Origin: an uncultured Rhodospirillaceae bacterium | Lineage (GTDB): Bacteria > Pseudomonadota > Alphaproteobacteria > UBA9219 | DNA length: 64,000 bases | NCBI GenBank assembly: GCA_964652235.1 | Contig: CAZZDK010000002.1 | Coordinates: forward strand, 38,675 to 102,674 | Reading direction: 5' to 3' | Program-made: the position numbers and the translations under genes | Notes under the pieces: model-generated | What the model saw: only the letters and a program-made list of their open reading frames with translations | Database searches by the model: none | Told to the model about the DNA's origin: nothing | In this document: positions 17,031 through 27,523 of the stretch, piece by piece | Layout of the letters: every line of letters begins with the position of its first letter | How positions within the stretch are numbered: position 1 is the first letter of the stretch

Positions 17031-19328
17031 ATGGTTGAGCGCAATCTTGCTATCCGCTTGTCCGTCATGGATGGCGGCAAGGTCAAGGCCGAACTCAAGG
17101 AAATTGGCGAGTCTGGCGAGAAATCGCTCAAAAAGATCGAGTTAGCCGGACAGCCCGCCTCCAAAGCCCTAAACGCCTTGAACGCCGTCGCCAATGACGT
17201 GAAAGGTGCGGCAGTCGGTCTTTCAAGCGGGATCGGGCCTCTCGGCTCCGCGTTGATGTCCATCGGCCCCGCTGGCCTTGCGGCGGCGGCAGGGATCGCG
17301 GCCATTGTGGGCATTGTGTCGGCGGGCACGCAGGCTCTTTTGGAAGAAGAAAAGGCAGCTAAGCGGCTTAATGCCGTGTTACAGGCCACGGGATACACGT
17401 CCGGTCTGACAGGCAATCAGATTGGTGATTTTGCCGAGGGTTTGGCAAAAGCAACAGGCGTTCAGGACGAAGCGATTACTTCTGCGGCGGCAACGCTGGC
17501 GGCCTATCGCTCTGTGTCAGGGGATGTCTTTACCGAAACCCTGAGACAAGCCGCCAATCTCAGCGCCGTGTTCGGCGGTGATCTAGACAGCAACGTGCAG
17601 GCTCTCGGCAAGGCGATGGAGATGCTGGCGGGCGGGCAAGCCGAAGGGTTGCGCAAGGCCTTCAAAGCCCTCAGCGGCCCGCAGGAAGATTTGATCAAAC
17701 GGCTGGCGGAGTCTGGGCGAGGCCTTGAAGCCCAGCAGGCGCTTCTTAAGGCTTTGGATAGTTCCTTGCACGATACCGCCGCCAATCTCGCCACGACTTC
17801 ATCCAAGATCGGCGTGGCTTGGGACGATTTGCTCAAGCATTTCGGGAATACAGGTCCGATCAACTGGGCCAAGAAGGAATTGTTAAGCCTTCTCGAAGGC
17901 ATGAACGATGCCCTGAAACCGGAAGATATTTCGGTCAAGCTCGCCGCGATGGTCAAGCAGCGCAATGCCATCCTCGCTTATGAGGAAAAGAACAAAGGAC
18001 GGTACGATTTTAACAGCGAGTTTCGCCGTCAGCAGCTTGAGAAGCTCAGCGCGGAAATCCCGATCCTTGAAAAAAAGGTCAGACTTGAAGACGAACTGCG
18101 CCAGAAGGCCACAGCCGCCGCCGCGCAGCAAGGGCGCGACGACGAGCTTCAACATGAGATCGCAAGCGAAGACAAACTGGTCGAACAGGCAAAGAAAGAG
18201 GAAGAAGCCAATCAAAAAATTGTCGATGATCTGAAACGCCAGTTACTCGGTCTTCGCAATGAACGACAGGCTTTTATCGAGCAAGCCCTTTCGCGCCTTT
18301 CCGACAACGCGGACGAAAGCAAAATCAGCCAGACCCGCGACATCGCCGGAAGGCTGTTCGATCAAAAGGCTTTTGCGGATGCGAAAAAGGTTCTTGATGA
18401 CCTTGCGCGCCAGATTGAAAAAACGACCGACAAGAAACAAGCCTTTGTCGATGAATATCTCGCAAAGCTTCCCAAGGGCATTTCCAAGGAGGTCATTGAC
18501 CGCACCAAGGAATGGGCCGCCGTCGCTTACGACCAGATCCAAGCGCGGGAAAAACTCGACAAGCTCAAAGAGGAAGGCAAACAGCTTACCGAGAGCGACA
18601 AAACAGCCACCGAAGGCTACGCCGATCAAGTCGCCAAGCTCAACGAGCTTCTGAACGCCGGAGCCATCAGCCAAAACATTTACAACCGCGCCAAAAGCAA
18701 AGCCGCCGAGCAGCTTTTGGCGGGGCGCACAGATCCACAGGCTGGAGCACTTCGGGCTTTTGCCTCCTATCAAAAGGAAGCCGAAAACACAGCGGGCGCG
18801 GTTGAAAAGGCTTTTGGCGAGGCCATGAAGGCAACCGAGGACGCGATTGTGAACATGGTCACGTCCGGCAAAATCAGCCTAAGCAGCTTAGGAGACTTTG
18901 CCGACAGCATTGTCGCCGACATCACGCGCATGTTTGTGCAGAAATCGATCACGGGGCCGCTCTTCAAAGCCCTGAGTGGCAGCATGGAAAGCGGCGGCTT
19001 CTTGGACAGCATCATGAGCGCCCTTTCTTTCCACGAGGGTGGCACGGTTGGCGAAACCTCGGCGCGGTTGATGGTTCCCTCTTATGTATTCGCAGGCGCG
19101 CCCCGTTACCACGGCGGCGGCATTGCGGGTCTGAAGCCCGACGAGGTTCCGGCTATCCTGCAACGCGGCGAGGAAGTCATTTCGAGAAAAGACAGAAAAA
19201 GCCGTTCCGCAGGCGTTAGTGTCGTCATGCACATCACAACCCCAGATGCGAACAGTTTTCGGGCCAGCCAAAGCCAGATCTCGGCGGAAGCGGCTCGTGG
19301 AATCAACAGGGCAAAGCGCAATTTATAG
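17031..19328 (+). CDS. Tail tape measure protein
   Basis: 765 aa, Ala/Gly-rich N-terminal TM-like region, long coiled-coil Glu/Lys/Gln-rich centre, position after G/GT. Confidence 0.7.
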   Translation: MVERNLAIRLSVMDGGKVKAELKEIGESGEKSLKKIELAGQPASKALNALNAVANDVKGAAVGLSSGIGPLGSALMSIGPAGLAAAAGIAAIVGIVSAGTQALLEEEKAAKRLNAVLQATGYTSGLTGNQIGDFAEGLAKATGVQDEAITSAAATLAAYRSVSGDVFTETLRQAANLSAVFGGDLDSNVQALGKAMEMLAGGQAEGLRKAFKALSGPQEDLIKRLAESGRGLEAQQALLKALDSSLHDTAANLATTSSKIGVAWDDLLKHFGNTGPINWAKKELLSLLEGMNDALKPEDISVKLAAMVKQRNAILAYEEKNKGRYDFNSEFRRQQLEKLSAEIPILEKKVRLEDELRQKATAAAAQQGRDDELQHEIASEDKLVEQAKKEEEANQKIVDDLKRQLLGLRNERQAFIEQALSRLSDNADESKISQTRDIAGRLFDQKAFADAKKVLDDLARQIEKTTDKKQAFVDEYLAKLPKGISKEVIDRTKEWAAVAYDQIQAREKLDKLKEEGKQLTESDKTATEGYADQVAKLNELLNAGAISQNIYNRAKSKAAEQLLAGRTDPQAGALRAFASYQKEAENTAGAVEKAFGEAMKATEDAIVNMVTSGKISLSSLGDFADSIVADITRMFVQKSITGPLFKALSGSMESGGFLDSIMSALSFHEGGTVGETSARLMVPSYVFAGAPRYHGGGIAGLKPDEVPAILQRGEEVISRKDRKSRSAGVSVVMHITTPDANSFRASQSQISAEAARGINRAKRNL

Positions 19329-19639
19329 GCCTGAACCCCGCACAAAAGCTTGTTTTCTGTTGACCAAAGAAGGGCTTACGTCCATTCTGTCCTTGCGGGC
19401 GGACGAAAGTCTATCCGCTGGGGTGTAGTTACCTCACGATGAACGGTATTTGCGTCACGTTACGGCGCTGCCAATCGGTCGTCTTCGTATGGCCGGGGGG
19501 CGGCGGCGGATTTTTGCGCAAGCAAAAGTCTGGATGTCCAAGCTTAGGCTAAAGGCCGTCGCAATCGTTTCATCGCGATTAACTAACCCCCGTGCCGCCC
19601 GATTTTCGGGCGGCGCCCACTCAAACAACGGGGAAACCG

Positions 19640-19804
19640 ATGAACAACATTAGCACCTTGCAACTCTGCGCTGACTTTTTGAAAGCCTATTTTGGCAATC
19701 CCACTATTCTGACACTTTTTGCTGTTCTCATTTTAGGTGTGGGCGTGAGCCTGCGCCTTAAGAAAATCGAGAAGACCATCCCGTCTATTCACAGAATTCG
19801 ATAA
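19640..19804 (+). CDS. Small membrane peptide (54 aa), moron
   Basis: ATG at 19640; one hydrophobic helix ILTLFAVLILGVGV; AT-rich. Confidence 0.3.
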   Translation: MNNISTLQLCADFLKAYFGNPTILTLFAVLILGVGVSLRLKKIEKTIPSIHRIR

Positions 19805-19827
19805 CCCAAATCGAGGCTAAGAAATTC

Positions 19828-20043
19828 ATGCGCATCAATCTGTTAGATCCAGCGTTTTCTGACTCTTATCAACGCCTGTCATTAGCACTTGCGGACACTA
19901 TACGAGCAAAAGGCTCATGCTGCCGTGAAGACATGGCGAACAACGGGTTCTCTGGCGATGAGATTCGCTCTTGCTGGAACATTGCATACGGGCTTGCTCA
20001 CGTCGAATTGATGGACAGCCGGAACGATGTCGTTCTGCATTGA
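19828..20043 (+). CDS. Small hypothetical protein (71 aa), moron
   Basis: ORF only. Confidence 0.25.
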   Translation: MRINLLDPAFSDSYQRLSLALADTIRAKGSCCREDMANNGFSGDEIRSCWNIAYGLAHVELMDSRNDVVLH

Positions 20044-20176
20044 ATTTCATGGATAAAAGAAGGTCTAACGACGATCTTGCCTTCATGGCTTAGCATGCGG
20101 TTAAATGGCGTAACGATAACAAAAAGGGCGGGCCGCCCCTTCGCGGCCATGCTTTCCTTTTACGAGAGAGTTCGAT

Positions 20177-20587
20177 ATGTCCTTGATCCATTGGAACAGC
20201 GAAATGAGTGTTGGGATTCCGTCTATCGACGCCCAGCATCAAAAACTTGTAGAGATGCTCAACAAGCTTCACGGCGCGACCTATCAGGGCAAAGGGCATG
20301 AAGTTGTCGGCGATACGTTGACGGGCTTAATGAACTACACGATTGAGCATTTTGCTTATGAAGAAAAACTCTTTCAGGAAACAAGCTATCCGGACGCTGA
20401 GGCTCATGCAGCTGAACATGCCACCTTAACCCGCAAAGTGATGGACATCCACGAAAAGTTCAAAAGCGGCGTGACAACAGCCTTGACGCAGGAAGTCCTT
20501 CTCTTCCTTGTCAACTGGGTCATGGATCACACGATGGACAGCGACAAAAAATACAGCGCGCATTTGATCGCTGCTGGGGTTCGATAA
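20177..20587 (+). CDS. Bacteriohemerythrin (HHE cation-binding domain)
   Basis: N-terminus IHWNSEMSVGIPSIDAQHQKL and H-x(n)-H-E / H...D iron ligands typical of hemerythrin. Confidence 0.7.
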   Translation: MSLIHWNSEMSVGIPSIDAQHQKLVEMLNKLHGATYQGKGHEVVGDTLTGLMNYTIEHFAYEEKLFQETSYPDAEAHAAEHATLTRKVMDIHEKFKSGVTTALTQEVLLFLVNWVMDHTMDSDKKYSAHLIAAGVR

Positions 20588-20609
20588 CCCCCAAGCCCAA
20601 GGATAAAAT

Positions 20610-21209
20610 ATGACCTTTCACGAAATCCGCTTCCCGGATGACATTGCCTATGGGGCAACGGGCGGGCCGGAATATCTGACCTCTGTCGTCTCGATGGCAT
20701 CCGGTTATGAACAACGCAATGCCAACTGGTCGGCGGCGCGCGGCAAGTGGAACGTGGCGTCCGGCTTGAAGCATCAAGCCCAACTTAACACGCTGATTGC
20801 CTTCTTTCGCGCACGCAAAGGAAAGGCTTACGGTTTCAGGTTCAAAGATTGGACGGATTACAAGGCAACTGCCCAAGCCCTCGGCGCAGGGGATGGGACG
20901 ACAAAGACCTTCCAATTCGTCAAAAGCTACACCTCCGGCGCGGACAGCGAAACACGCACAATCACAAAACCCGTCTTGGGAACCGTTGTTCCTTATCTCG
21001 GCGGCGTTAAACAAACGTCCGGTTGGTCGGTTAATACGGCAACGGGTTTGCTCTCCTTTGCGCTTGCTCCGGCGCAGGGTGTGGCGGTTACAGCAGATTT
21101 TGAGTTTGACGTGCCCGTGCGTTTTGATACCGACAGCATGGCTGTCAGCATTGAACAATTCGACCTTCACCAATGGTCGGACATCCCCGTTATAGAAATC
21201 CGCGTATAG
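20610..21209 (+). CDS. Distal tail protein, DUF2460 (GTA g12-like)
   Basis: Size and synteny with DUF2163 - NlpC/P60 - host specificity protein as in GTA-like tails. Confidence 0.5.
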   Translation: MTFHEIRFPDDIAYGATGGPEYLTSVVSMASGYEQRNANWSAARGKWNVASGLKHQAQLNTLIAFFRARKGKAYGFRFKDWTDYKATAQALGAGDGTTKTFQFVKSYTSGADSETRTITKPVLGTVVPYLGGVKQTSGWSVNTATGLLSFALAPAQGVAVTADFEFDVPVRFDTDSMAVSIEQFDLHQWSDIPVIEIRV

Positions 21210-21266
21210 AGTAGATCGTGATTGGTTCTTCACCAATCGCGTGAATCTGCTCGGAGATATAAATCC

Positions 21267-22109
21267 ATGAAAACAGCATCAACTCAACTCGCCACGCACA
21301 TCGCTGGCGAGACCACCACACTTGCGACCTGTTGGAAGGTCACGCGCAAGGACGGTGCTGTATTTGGGTTCACAGATTTCGACCGTGACCTGACCATTGA
21401 CGGTATCGTTTATAAGGCGCGAACGGGTTATACGCGTTCTGCCGTCCATACGATTGCCGACCTGTCCGTGGACAATCTCGACATTGAAAGCGCATTTGAC
21501 AGCGAAGCTATTACACCAGCCGATTTACGCTCCGGCTTTTGGGACAATGCCGAAGTTCTGATCTTTCTGGTCAATTGGGCTGCACTTTCGCAAGGCAAGA
21601 TCATTCTCAAGCGAGGAACTATCGGCCAAGTCGAACTTAAAGACACGATTTTCAAGGCCGAGCTACGCGGCCTGACGCAAGCGCTCTCGCAACAGATTGG
21701 CGAACTTTACACCCCCAATTGTCGTGCCGATCTTGGGGATGCGCGCTGCAAAATTGATCTTGCCGCGCTGACAACCTCCGGCACGGTCACGGCAGTTTCG
21801 GACAAGTATGGTTTCACAGACACCGCCCGCATCGAGGCAACCGACTATTGGAGCGGCGGCCTTCTGACATGGACAAGCGGCGCGAATGCAAGCCGCAAGA
21901 TGGAAGTCCGTTCTTTTGCCTCAGGTGTTTTTACGCTTTTCCTTCCTATGCCGTCCGAAATCAATGTCGGCGATGCCTATGCGGTGCAACCTGGCTGCGA
22001 CAAATCGTTTTCAATGTGCTGCGGGCGTTTCAAGAACGCCGTGAACTTTCGAGGCGAACCGCACGTTCCCGGCACGGATGCCGTTTTGAGTTACCCCGAT
22101 GGAAAATAG
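21267..22109 (+). CDS. Phage conserved protein, DUF2163 (BR0599 family, GTA g13-like)
   Basis: About 280 aa, C-terminal Cys-rich FSMCCGRFKN tail typical of this family; ORF-track start 21222. Confidence 0.5.
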   Translation: MKTASTQLATHIAGETTTLATCWKVTRKDGAVFGFTDFDRDLTIDGIVYKARTGYTRSAVHTIADLSVDNLDIESAFDSEAITPADLRSGFWDNAEVLIFLVNWAALSQGKIILKRGTIGQVELKDTIFKAELRGLTQALSQQIGELYTPNCRADLGDARCKIDLAALTTSGTVTAVSDKYGFTDTARIEATDYWSGGLLTWTSGANASRKMEVRSFASGVFTLFLPMPSEINVGDAYAVQPGCDKSFSMCCGRFKNAVNFRGEPHVPGTDAVLSYPDGK

Positions 22110-22551
22110 CCCCTCCCGCATGGACGCGGTGCTTGAAGCCCGCGCATGGCTAGACACGCCGTTTCATCATCAAGCCTCGGTCAAAGGGGCTGGTTGCGAT
22201 TGCATCGGCCTGATTAAGGGTGTTGGCGTTGCGCTGGGGCTGGTCGATTACGATCCGGCCTCACCGCAAGCGCAGGCCTTCGCCAATTACTCCATGCTGC
22301 CTAACAGCCGCCGTATGCGCGAAGGTTTGGCCACATGGTTGGTCGAAATCCCCGTGGCCGATGCGACGCTGGCGGACATCTACTTCATGGCGTGGGGACG
22401 CGAACCTCAGCATGTCGCGCTGATCACCGACAAAGGCATCATTCATAGCTATTCCGGCGTGGGCAAAGTTGTTGAACATGCACTCGATAATGATTGGAAG
22501 CGCCGCATTGTCGCGGCGTACCGTTACCCCGTTTTTTCTGAAAGCGAATAA
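22099..22551 (+). CDS. NlpC/P60 family phage cell-wall peptidase
   Basis: Catalytic Cys in GAGCDCIGLIKG and His downstream; 150 aa; position as GTA g14. Confidence 0.65.
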   Translation: MENSPSRMDAVLEARAWLDTPFHHQASVKGAGCDCIGLIKGVGVALGLVDYDPASPQAQAFANYSMLPNSRRMREGLATWLVEIPVADATLADIYFMAWGREPQHVALITDKGIIHSYSGVGKVVEHALDNDWKRRIVAAYRYPVFSESE

Positions 22552-25500
22552 ATGGCCGTTCTTGCTCTGGGTCTCGTTGGCGCTGGGTTGACATCTGCCA
22601 TCGGGATCGGCGCGTCCATCGGCTGGATGGGCGGAGTCGTTCTCGGCAATCTTTTGTTTGGCGGCAGCAAAGGACAAAACGTCGAAGGCTCGCGTCTTAG
22701 CGATCTATCCGTTCAGTCCTCCACCTATGGAGGCACGATTCAACTTGTCTATGGCACGATGCGCGTGTCCGGCAACATTATCTGGTCTACGCCTCTGAAA
22801 GAAACCCGCCATGTCTCACGCCAACGCGGTGGCAAAGGAGGTGGCGGGGGAAGCTCAACCCAGACGACCTACACTTATTCGGTCTCGTTCGCGGTCGGGC
22901 TTTGCGCTGGGCCTGTTTCAACCGTTCGGCGCGTGTGGGCGGACACGAAGCTCATTTACGACGCAACGGCCAGCAACACGCAAGCAACTGAAAAATATCC
23001 CGGCGTTGTCCTCATTCACACGGGGAGCGAAGACCAACAGCCTGACAGCACAATGGAAATGCATCTCGGCACGGGGAACGCCCCCGCCTATCGCGGGCTT
23101 TGTTTTCTGACCTTTACGGATTTGCAGTTGGCTGACTTCGCCAACCGTATCCCGAACATTAGCGCCGAGGTCGTGGCATCGGGCGCGATGGATTGCGATG
23201 CCGTTATCTTTCCAAAGATCCCCAGCATGTACCGCGAGGGTGGCGTGATTGACTCTGCACGCGGCGTCTTGCTCTGCGTCAATTCGACGCGCGCCTTCAA
23301 ATACGATCTTGTCAACAACACGCTGGCACTCAACGTGCCGCTTGTGAATGACGTGTATGGCGATTTGCGAGGGCTTGATAGCGAAGGATACCTCTATCAT
23401 GCTACGGACGCTTATGGTGTCGGGATGCATCTGTGCAAGCGCAACCCCGACACGATGGCTGTGGTTGCTAAAACAACAAAGAGGATTGATTTTAGCGTTA
23501 GCGGGTTCGTGCTGGGCGACAAAATCTTCGTGCATCGGTCGCGCAAGGTTTATGATCTTGACTTCGGCCTCGTCGCCGATCTTTCGGTATGGCTCCCCAG
23601 CGCGAACGAAGCCCCCATGTGCGCGGATGCCGATGGGCGTTACTGGCAGGCCGCTGCCGACAAAATCCGGCGCGTGGAAGTCGATATTCTCGGCAACGGT
23701 AACGTGGTCGAATGGGATATTTCGGCTTGGACGAGCGGCCAGCGTCCCAACATTATCTTCTGGGACGACACGACCGGACATTTGTATTTCAAAGTCAATA
23801 TGTTGCATCGGATTGTCAAATGGCATCCCGATAACGGTTTTGTTGCCTATGTCGATGGTGTTGCGCTGGCGGTTGGATACACGTTGCAAGATGATTATGC
23901 CTTCCCGCAGAAAGGACGGCTCTGGGCCACAAATGACGTTACGGCCACGCTAGTTGATCTTGTTTCGATGCGCATTGAGAAGACGATCAATCTCCTGCCA
24001 TATATCCCCACGAATGCCACGCATTTTTGCGGCTGTTACGAGAAGTTCACGCATAGCGCGATCATCATGACCGATGCCGGAGAGGTCAAATATCCTCTCG
24101 AACGCTACGGTTCCGACAATGTTTCATTGGCAGGCATCCTGACGGATTTGTGCAAACGGGCGGGGTTGAAACAAACCGACATTTTGACAAATCAAGTCAG
24201 CCAATCCGTGCATGGCTATGTCATGAGCCGCCGCGCTGCGGCCCGTAATGCCATTGAACCCTTGCTTGGCGCATACTTCATTGACGCGGCGGAGACAGAC
24301 GGCGTGCTGCGCTTTATCCCGCGTGGGCAGAACTTGGCGGCAACAATCCCCTACGACGACCTTGGCGCGGTAGAGGGTTCGGTAAACAATAATCCCCTGC
24401 GCATAACAGAAACCCGCACGCAGGAACTGGAACTGCCGCAACGGATCGACTTGACCCATTACGACCCTGACCGTGACTATCAGAGCAACACGCAAAATGC
24501 CGCGCGCGCTGGTAATGCCGTCACGACCAAAGACCAACAAACGGTTGAACTATCTATCGCTCTGTTAGCAGATGAAGCGGCCCAGATCGCGGACAAGACG
24601 CTCACCAGCGCGTGGATTGGGCGGAACCAGTTCGAATTCAATCTGCCGCCCAAATGGCTGCGGCTTGATCCCACGGATGTGATCGACGTCCTATTGCCGG
24701 ACGCGACTTTGGCCTTGCGCCTGACGCAGGTGGATTTTGGCGGCAACAACATCGTGGCCTGCAAGGCGGTAGCCGAAGATGAGATTGCCTATACGTCCAA
24801 TGCCAAGGGCGCTGGCGTGCCGATTGCGTCCAACCCGATCCCCATTTCCACGCCGATCTCGGCCTTGGTCATGGATCTGCCCATGCTTCGCGCCGAGGAC
24901 GACGGTCTGGGGCTTTATTACGCACTGGCGCTCAAAAATAACGGGACAGCCAGCCTTTACAAATCGCCGGATGCGCTGACGTGGAGCATCACCGGAACGG
25001 GCGAAGCGGCTCCGGCCTATGGATGGGCTTCGAGCGTTTTGGCCGCATCTTTTAGCCCGTGGTCGTGGGACGAGAAGAATACCGTTCAAATCGCACTTTC
25101 TCACGGCACGCTGGACAGTAAGACAGCGCTGGAAGTTCTCAATTGGAACAATGTCGGCATTTTGGGTGATGAGCTGATCCAATGGAAAAACGCCACGCTT
25201 CTGGCCGAGAACCTTTACCAGCTATCCGGCCTCCTGCGCGGGCGACGCGGCACGGAGTGGGCCACGGGCACACACAAGATCGGCGACCGCTTCGTCGTTC
25301 TGGCAACGGACGGTTTTTACCGCATGGCGATGGCCGCGACCGAGATCGGGCAGATTTCTTATTACAAGGCCATCCCCACAGGCGGGGATTGGGACGACGC
25401 AGCGCAGACCAGCCTCAAATACAACGCGGCCAGCCTGCGTTGTTTCTCGCCCGTTCACGTTAAAGGAACCCGCGACGGCTCTGGCAATCTGACCATTTCT

Positions 25501-25761
25501 TGGGTCATGCGCGCGCGGTGGAGCGGCGAATGGCTCGACAGCATCGATATCTCGAACTACGAGGGCACGGAAGCCTATGAGATCGACATTTTGAACGGCG
25601 ACACGGTCACGCGGACAATCAGGGCCAGCACAACAAACACCATCTACAGCGCTGCCGACCAGACAGCTGACTTCGGCTCGGCGCAGAGCGTCCTATCCGT
25701 TGCCATCTATCAAATCAACAGCACTATCGGGCGTGGTTACGCCGGAAAGGCAATTGTGTAA
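22552..25761 (+). CDS. Host specificity/tail tip protein (GTA g15-like, 1069 aa)
   Basis: Very large ORF with Gly-rich N-terminus following the NlpC/P60 gene, as in RcGTA-like clusters. Confidence 0.65.
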   Translation: MAVLALGLVGAGLTSAIGIGASIGWMGGVVLGNLLFGGSKGQNVEGSRLSDLSVQSSTYGGTIQLVYGTMRVSGNIIWSTPLKETRHVSRQRGGKGGGGGSSTQTTYTYSVSFAVGLCAGPVSTVRRVWADTKLIYDATASNTQATEKYPGVVLIHTGSEDQQPDSTMEMHLGTGNAPAYRGLCFLTFTDLQLADFANRIPNISAEVVASGAMDCDAVIFPKIPSMYREGGVIDSARGVLLCVNSTRAFKYDLVNNTLALNVPLVNDVYGDLRGLDSEGYLYHATDAYGVGMHLCKRNPDTMAVVAKTTKRIDFSVSGFVLGDKIFVHRSRKVYDLDFGLVADLSVWLPSANEAPMCADADGRYWQAAADKIRRVEVDILGNGNVVEWDISAWTSGQRPNIIFWDDTTGHLYFKVNMLHRIVKWHPDNGFVAYVDGVALAVGYTLQDDYAFPQKGRLWATNDVTATLVDLVSMRIEKTINLLPYIPTNATHFCGCYEKFTHSAIIMTDAGEVKYPLERYGSDNVSLAGILTDLCKRAGLKQTDILTNQVSQSVHGYVMSRRAAARNAIEPLLGAYFIDAAETDGVLRFIPRGQNLAATIPYDDLGAVEGSVNNNPLRITETRTQELELPQRIDLTHYDPDRDYQSNTQNAARAGNAVTTKDQQTVELSIALLADEAAQIADKTLTSAWIGRNQFEFNLPPKWLRLDPTDVIDVLLPDATLALRLTQVDFGGNNIVACKAVAEDEIAYTSNAKGAGVPIASNPIPISTPISALVMDLPMLRAEDDGLGLYYALALKNNGTASLYKSPDALTWSITGTGEAAPAYGWASSVLAASFSPWSWDEKNTVQIALSHGTLDSKTALEVLNWNNVGILGDELIQWKNATLLAENLYQLSGLLRGRRGTEWATGTHKIGDRFVVLATDGFYRMAMAATEIGQISYYKAIPTGGDWDDAAQTSLKYNAASLRCFSPVHVKGTRDGSGNLTISWVMRARWSGEWLDSIDISNYEGTEAYEIDILNGDTVTRTIRASTTNTIYSAADQTADFGSAQSVLSVAIYQINSTIGRGYAGKAIV

Positions 25762-26483
25762 TGACGACCACACCCAATCTTCTCATCGATCACATTGCTG
25801 CCAGTCAAGCCCAGAAGGAAGTCACGGCCAACACGGCCTTCGACATTCTGGACAAGGCTTTATGCCAGTTTGCGAGTATTGCGCTGGCCGACGCCAATCT
25901 GGCCCTGACCGACGCGCAGATGATCGGCAACATGGCCCTGAAGTTCACAGGGGCCTTAACGGCGGTACGGACGATTACCATTCCGGCTCATGCTAAGTTC
26001 ATCTATATCGAGAACGGTACGACAGGCGGCTATGCGCTCTCTGTGAAAACACCGTCCGGTACGGCCATTTCCGTTGGAAACGGCGAGAGGAAGCTTCTTT
26101 ATTGCAATGGCAGCGACTTCACAATTGCTGCCGAAGCCGGGGCCACACCTTATGACATCGGCGGTTCCTTTGTTGGCAAACCCAGCGCGGGGATCGTCCT
26201 CATGCGCTTTCCTGTGCCTCGCGCCGTGCGCTTCCTGTCCGGGATGGCTCTCAGCAGAGGCGTGGCTGCGACCGCCGCAACAGCCGCTGTTTCGTTCTCA
26301 ATCCGCAAGAACGGGATCGAGTTTGCCACCATGAATTTCACGGCATCCGGCACAAGCGCGACTTTTACCTGTTCCACAACGACCGACTTCGCGGCGGGCG
26401 ACGTTCTGGCGCTGGTTGCTCCCGCTTCCCCAGACGACACGCTATCCGACATCGGCTTTGCTCTTGCAGGCCTTCGCATTTAA
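25761..26483 (+). CDS. Tail-associated hypothetical protein
   Basis: ATGA overlap with upstream gene; Ala/Thr/Gly-rich. Confidence 0.35.
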   Translation: MTTTPNLLIDHIAASQAQKEVTANTAFDILDKALCQFASIALADANLALTDAQMIGNMALKFTGALTAVRTITIPAHAKFIYIENGTTGGYALSVKTPSGTAISVGNGERKLLYCNGSDFTIAAEAGATPYDIGGSFVGKPSAGIVLMRFPVPRAVRFLSGMALSRGVAATAATAAVSFSIRKNGIEFATMNFTASGTSATFTCSTTTDFAAGDVLALVAPASPDDTLSDIGFALAGLRI

Positions 26484-26494
26484 AGGAGAAACCC

Positions 26495-27523
26495 ATGGCC
26501 TTACGGTTTATCGATGGATTTGATCATTACACGACAACAGCAGCCTTTGCTTACAAATACAATGCCTACACAGTCTCTGCCGTCCCTGGCGCGGGGCGAC
26601 GCAGCGGGAGCAACGCGGCACGTTTTGCAAACTATGGCAGCGATTATCTTATGAAAACGCTGGACGATCAGGCGACATGGATTGTCGGTTTTGCCTATAA
26701 GCGCGATTACGCATCAAATGATGAAAAGCCCATCCTGCAACTGCGCGACAACACGGGCGCGGTGCAAATTGTTCTTTGTATGCACGGGATCGATGGTTTG
26801 CTGCGCTTGTGGCGCGGCGATCAAACAACGCTTCTGGCAACCTCCTCAGTAGCTCTTTCGACGGGTTCTTGGAACTATATCGAACTCAAGACCACGATCC
26901 ACGACACAACAGGCTCAATGGAGTTGCGCGTCAACGGCTTGACGGTAGCGACCTATACGGGCGACACAAAATATTCATCTACCATCGGGACGGCCCGATC
27001 CATTCGCCTCAGCGGCGGCGTATATCACTCAACTCTATATGGCTGGATTGACGATCTCTATATCTGCGACGGCACGGGGACGGCCAATAACGACTTTCTC
27101 GGCGATTGTCGTGTGGATACGCTTTATCCGAACGGCGTTGGCAACGCCGCGCAATTCACGCCGACAGGTAGTGCGACCAACTGGGAAAATGTGGATGATG
27201 TACCGTCTGATGAGGATACCAGCTATAACGCCAGCGACACGGTGGGCTCCATCGATAGTTTCGCCTTTACGGATATGGCCGTATTGAATGCTTCCGTTTT
27301 CGGCGTTCAGGCGAACATTCTAGCCCGCAAGGACGATGCGGGATCACGGATCCTACGGGCCATCACGCGCGTCAATGGCGCAAACTACGAAGGCAGCGAT
27401 TTGTCCCTTGGCGATGCCTATACCAACCAGCAGCAAATCTGGCCGACCAACCCCGCAACGGCGGCGGCTTGGGCAGAAACCGCCATTAACGCCGCTGAGT
27501 TTGGCTACAAGGTGCTAGCGTAA
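26495..27523 (+). CDS. Putative tail fibre/receptor-binding protein
   Basis: 342 aa, Gly/Thr/Asn-rich beta-rich composition; position at end of tail module. Confidence 0.35.
   Translation: MALRFIDGFDHYTTTAAFAYKYNAYTVSAVPGAGRRSGSNAARFANYGSDYLMKTLDDQATWIVGFAYKRDYASNDEKPILQLRDNTGAVQIVLCMHGIDGLLRLWRGDQTTLLATSSVALSTGSWNYIELKTTIHDTTGSMELRVNGLTVATYTGDTKYSSTIGTARSIRLSGGVYHSTLYGWIDDLYICDGTGTANNDFLGDCRVDTLYPNGVGNAAQFTPTGSATNWENVDDVPSDEDTSYNASDTVGSIDSFAFTDMAVLNASVFGVQANILARKDDAGSRILRAITRVNGANYEGSDLSLGDAYTNQQQIWPTNPATAAAWAETAINAAEFGYKVLA

Noticed and set aside
19598-19618. GCCGCCCG-ATTTTC-GGGCGGC hairpin as a rho-independent terminator
   Set aside because: No U-tract follows on either strand. It may be a regulatory or RNA-stability structure instead.
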